A DNA stretch of 64,000 bases from Eledone cirrhosa (lineage: Eukaryota), in NCBI GenBank assembly GCA_964016885.1, contig OZ024741.1, forward strand, positions 110,856,001-110,920,000, written 5' to 3'. Below the pieces are notes generated by a model. That model searched no databases and was not told the origin of the DNA. It saw nothing but the letters and a program-made list of their open reading frames with translations. Made by a program: the position numbers and the translations under genes. Positions 61,563 through 64,000 of the stretch are shown here, piece after piece (position 1 is the first letter of the stretch; each line of letters opens with the position of its first letter).

Positions 61563-61610
<48 letters not shown>

Positions 61611-62085
61611 CATGTTTAAGAATAAACGGGCTGTGTAGTTGCTAGATAAGGTGTACTTATAAAAAGCGGAAAGTAGAGCGGGAGAAAATTTTCCTTCATC
61701 AGTTGTTTTCTGGGGGTCTTGGACATTTCAACGCATTAAAGACAATATGTCTCACCCCAGGGCGTCAATAACTCAAGGAAGTTATTGAGGGAAAAGGGGA
61801 AAGAGAGAATAAAAGAAATTGTAACAGAAAGGAAGATGGAAGAAAAAGGAAAAAAAAAACAGCGGAAAAAAAACGGGAAGCAACAGACCGAGGAGGGAAA
61901 CCCGAAGTACATGTGTGTGAGCTACTGGAAGAGAGAGAGAAAAATTAAAATCAACATCAATTACTGAAAATAAGTTCGAGATTGCTGTGGACGACAAAAA
62001 AAAAAACACGTCTGACCTCCGCAAGAGTAAGTGAGAAAGAGACAACTAGAGGAGCAGGCGAGAGAAACAGTGTGTGTGTGTGTGT

Positions 62086-62221
62086 CAAATGAAAAAAACC
62101 AAGATAAAGACTCACGTTAATCCCCTGTAATTTTATGAGCTCAAGGAACATTTTCCGGGCTCTTCATAATACAGTATAAAGAGAAGAAAACAGAAAAGGG
62201 GGTATGTTTTCAGTTACAAGA
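62086..62221. repeat. ~135-bp direct repeat, copy 1 (copy 2 at 63228-63360); probable Penelope pseudo-LTR/3' UTR sequence
   Basis: CAAATGAAAAAA...TTTTATGAGCTCAAGGAA...CCGGGCTCTTCATAATACAGTATAAAGAGAAGAAAAC...GGGGTATGTTTTCAGTTA in both. Confidence 0.85.
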
Positions 62222-62709
62222 GGTATAGAACCACTATAGTGAAGAATATACGATCTACGAAAAGTGGGGAAACTACATAATAATCAAAAGATAAAATTAA
62301 AATGTAAAAAAACTCATTTTTCTAACTATAGAACACCTTCATATTCTCGAAAAAGAGAATGTTTCGCTATACCGTGTTGGTATGTAGCGAAATCTGTCCA
62401 CACCTTGACCCCTGGGTAACATTTAACGGTCAAATTCTGGGTTACCTCCTTTCTGGCGTAAACAAGTCTATGCATGGGCGATCTCTTGAGGTCACCCCGG
62501 TGGTTCTCGAGGCAGAAGAAGCAACATATATTAATAGCCTGTCTTAGACCAAGCAAAAGGCAGTTCGAAGCATTCCTAACAGAGTAACGATGTAAAACGT
62601 TTGCTTTCTACAGACTATTACTCTCTCTTCTGGTCTTACAGACTCTCACCTTCTCTTGTCACTGAGCTTTGAATACTACCTTGCTGCTACGACTAACGAA
62701 CAATATCTT

Positions 62710-62810
62710 GCCGAGGTTAACTTTGCCTTTCATCCTTACGGGGTCGATAAAATAAAGTACCAATAATGCACTGGGATAATTGCTGGCCTTGTGCCAAAAA
62801 TAGAAACAAA
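62710..62810 (+). mobile_element. Headless family-4 SINE fragment
   Basis: Close match to 59243-59342. Confidence 0.7.
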
Positions 62811-63227
62811 TATCTTGCCACTCTCTATTTCAGCATAACGAAATAACAGCCAAAACATTGTCAACCTGTATGATTTGTAGTAATCTTATTCTTTGTTCCT
62901 TTATTCACTGAAGTGAAGTAAAGTTTATATTTAAACGAAACTATTTATTTTGTCGTGTTATTGGAGCTCTAACAACATTTGTTAACTTCGCTTCGCTTCA
63001 GGAACACTACCCTCTCATGGCTTATTACCAGGCGCAGAGAAGGTATAGCCAACAAATCTAAAGAGATTTCAGACAATTGAATAACAGCACATGGTGAGAG
63101 AAAATGAAAATATGTGCTCTAGACAGTATATAGTGGGTTGAGTGGATTAAGAAACCGCTAGAAATGGTAGCCTATAACCACTCAACATAGAAAGCTCAAC
63201 CAACGAAGCATTTAGGAGAACAAATAT

Positions 63228-63360
63228 CAAATGAAAAAACAGAGATAAAGACTTGCGTTAATCTTCTGTAATTTTATGAGCTCAAGGAAAATTTCCGGGC
63301 TCTTCATAATACAGTATAAAGAGAAGAAAACTCAAAAAGGGGTATGTTTTCAGTTAGAAG
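63228..63360. repeat. ~135-bp direct repeat, copy 2, adjacent to the Penelope hammerhead
   Basis: See 62086-62221. Confidence 0.85.
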
Positions 63361-63382
63361 TGGTTACACAACAGTTAGTTCA

Positions 63383-63432
63383 CCATACCGAGAACAATTG
63401 TTTCACCTTAGCGGATCCTCAGCTCGTAATGG
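63383..63432 (-). ncRNA. Type I minimal hammerhead ribozyme in the Penelope 3' region
   Basis: Minus strand CCAUUA-CGAG CUGAGGA U-CC-GCUAA-GG-U GAAA C-AAUU-G UU CUCG-GUAUGG: full core, stem I 4 bp + 2x2 loop + 4 bp, palindromic stem III. Confidence 0.72.
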
Positions 63433-63594
63433 ACATGGTTATACGGAACAGGAAGGACAACCGTACGAACGCGCATGCGCAGAAACGATCACTTCACACA
63501 GGCAATACTAAATTGCGTGCGAGAGGTGTAAGGGGGATAACTGCGAAAGTCCGAAAGTTTCTAGTTGATAAGAAAATTAGGATGTTGTTGTAAT

Positions 63595-64000
63595 TCAATC
63601 CGGAGCCTTGTAGTTATGTAAGAGGTGTTTCCAGACGTGTGGACAACGTGTGAAGAATTCATTTCCCGTGTTTAGGCAATCACTATTGTGTAATCTCTTT
63701 AGAATATTTATTCGTTCATCAATACATAGTCCACACGACGCATTGCTCCTTGCGTATGGCTTGGACTTAGTGATGGCTTTCCATTGAATGGAGTAGTCTA
63801 TACTTGAATCCTTGAGGGACCATACGTGGCTCGCGAATTTCGTGGATGAACGTCTGTCCGGGTACCTAAAGGTCGACTGGTGATTCAGGAAGCGTTCCTT
63901 AAGTCGGCCCTCCGTCATACCCACATAGGATTTAACCTCCTGTGGTTGATTTGGTCGGTTGGAAGTGACCACAGCTTCATAAACTACAGCGGGTGTGTTG
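63595..64000 (-). mobile_element. Penelope-like element, GIY-YIG endonuclease C-terminus (continues beyond the window)
   Basis: Minus frame AVVYEAVV...SYVGMTEGRLKERFLNH...LASH-like FASHVW...CGLCIDE...LN..NE...CPH. Confidence 0.88.

Noticed and set aside
61686-61705. Minus-strand CTGATGA-AG-GAAA as a minimal hammerhead
   Set aside because: No stem II and no stem I pairing in that register.
62362-62393. Hairpin TTTCGCTA-TACC...GGTA-TG-TAGCGAAA
   Set aside because: Real stem but no ribozyme core or other context to assign a function.
62326-62556. 76-aa minus-strand ORF near the Penelope element (and 63276-63593 on +)
   Set aside because: No recognisable motif; lies in probable non-coding repeat sequence.

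Overview
AT-rich, intron-containing animal genomic DNA. The SINE/RTE repeat content resembles cephalopod (octopus-like) repeats; this is an inference, not checked. Bases 127-44156 (+) hold the last 10 coding exons (3330 nt including the stop, 1109 aa, all GT-AG and phase-consistent by hand translation) of a PH + RhoGAP gene of the ARHGAP21/23 type; its 5' part lies upstream of the window. One 164-nt RhoGAP exon (13470-13633) sits between two large satellites of opposite strand composition: a ~6.8 kb C/A-rich 40-bp array and a ~23.9 kb G/T-rich 28-bp array with 8-kb and 3-kb higher-order duplications. Downstream of the gene is a transposon-rich region: young tRNA/CORE SINEs whose tail matches an RTE LINE in the same window, two divergently oriented RTE LINEs, piggyBac- and hAT-type MITEs, and the GIY-YIG end of a Penelope-like element. 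The most notable observations are (1) three type I hammerhead-ribozyme folds sharing an unusual signature (U-U at the base of stem II, palindromic ACAAUUGU stem III, GUU cleavage triplet), one in the Penelope 3' region and two with a CCGAUGA core and long stem II inside a ~200-bp repeat present as an inverted pair, and (2) a genomic Gln (CAG) at a normally conserved RhoGAP Arg that A-to-I editing could restore. No database search or folding program was run; all alignments are by eye.
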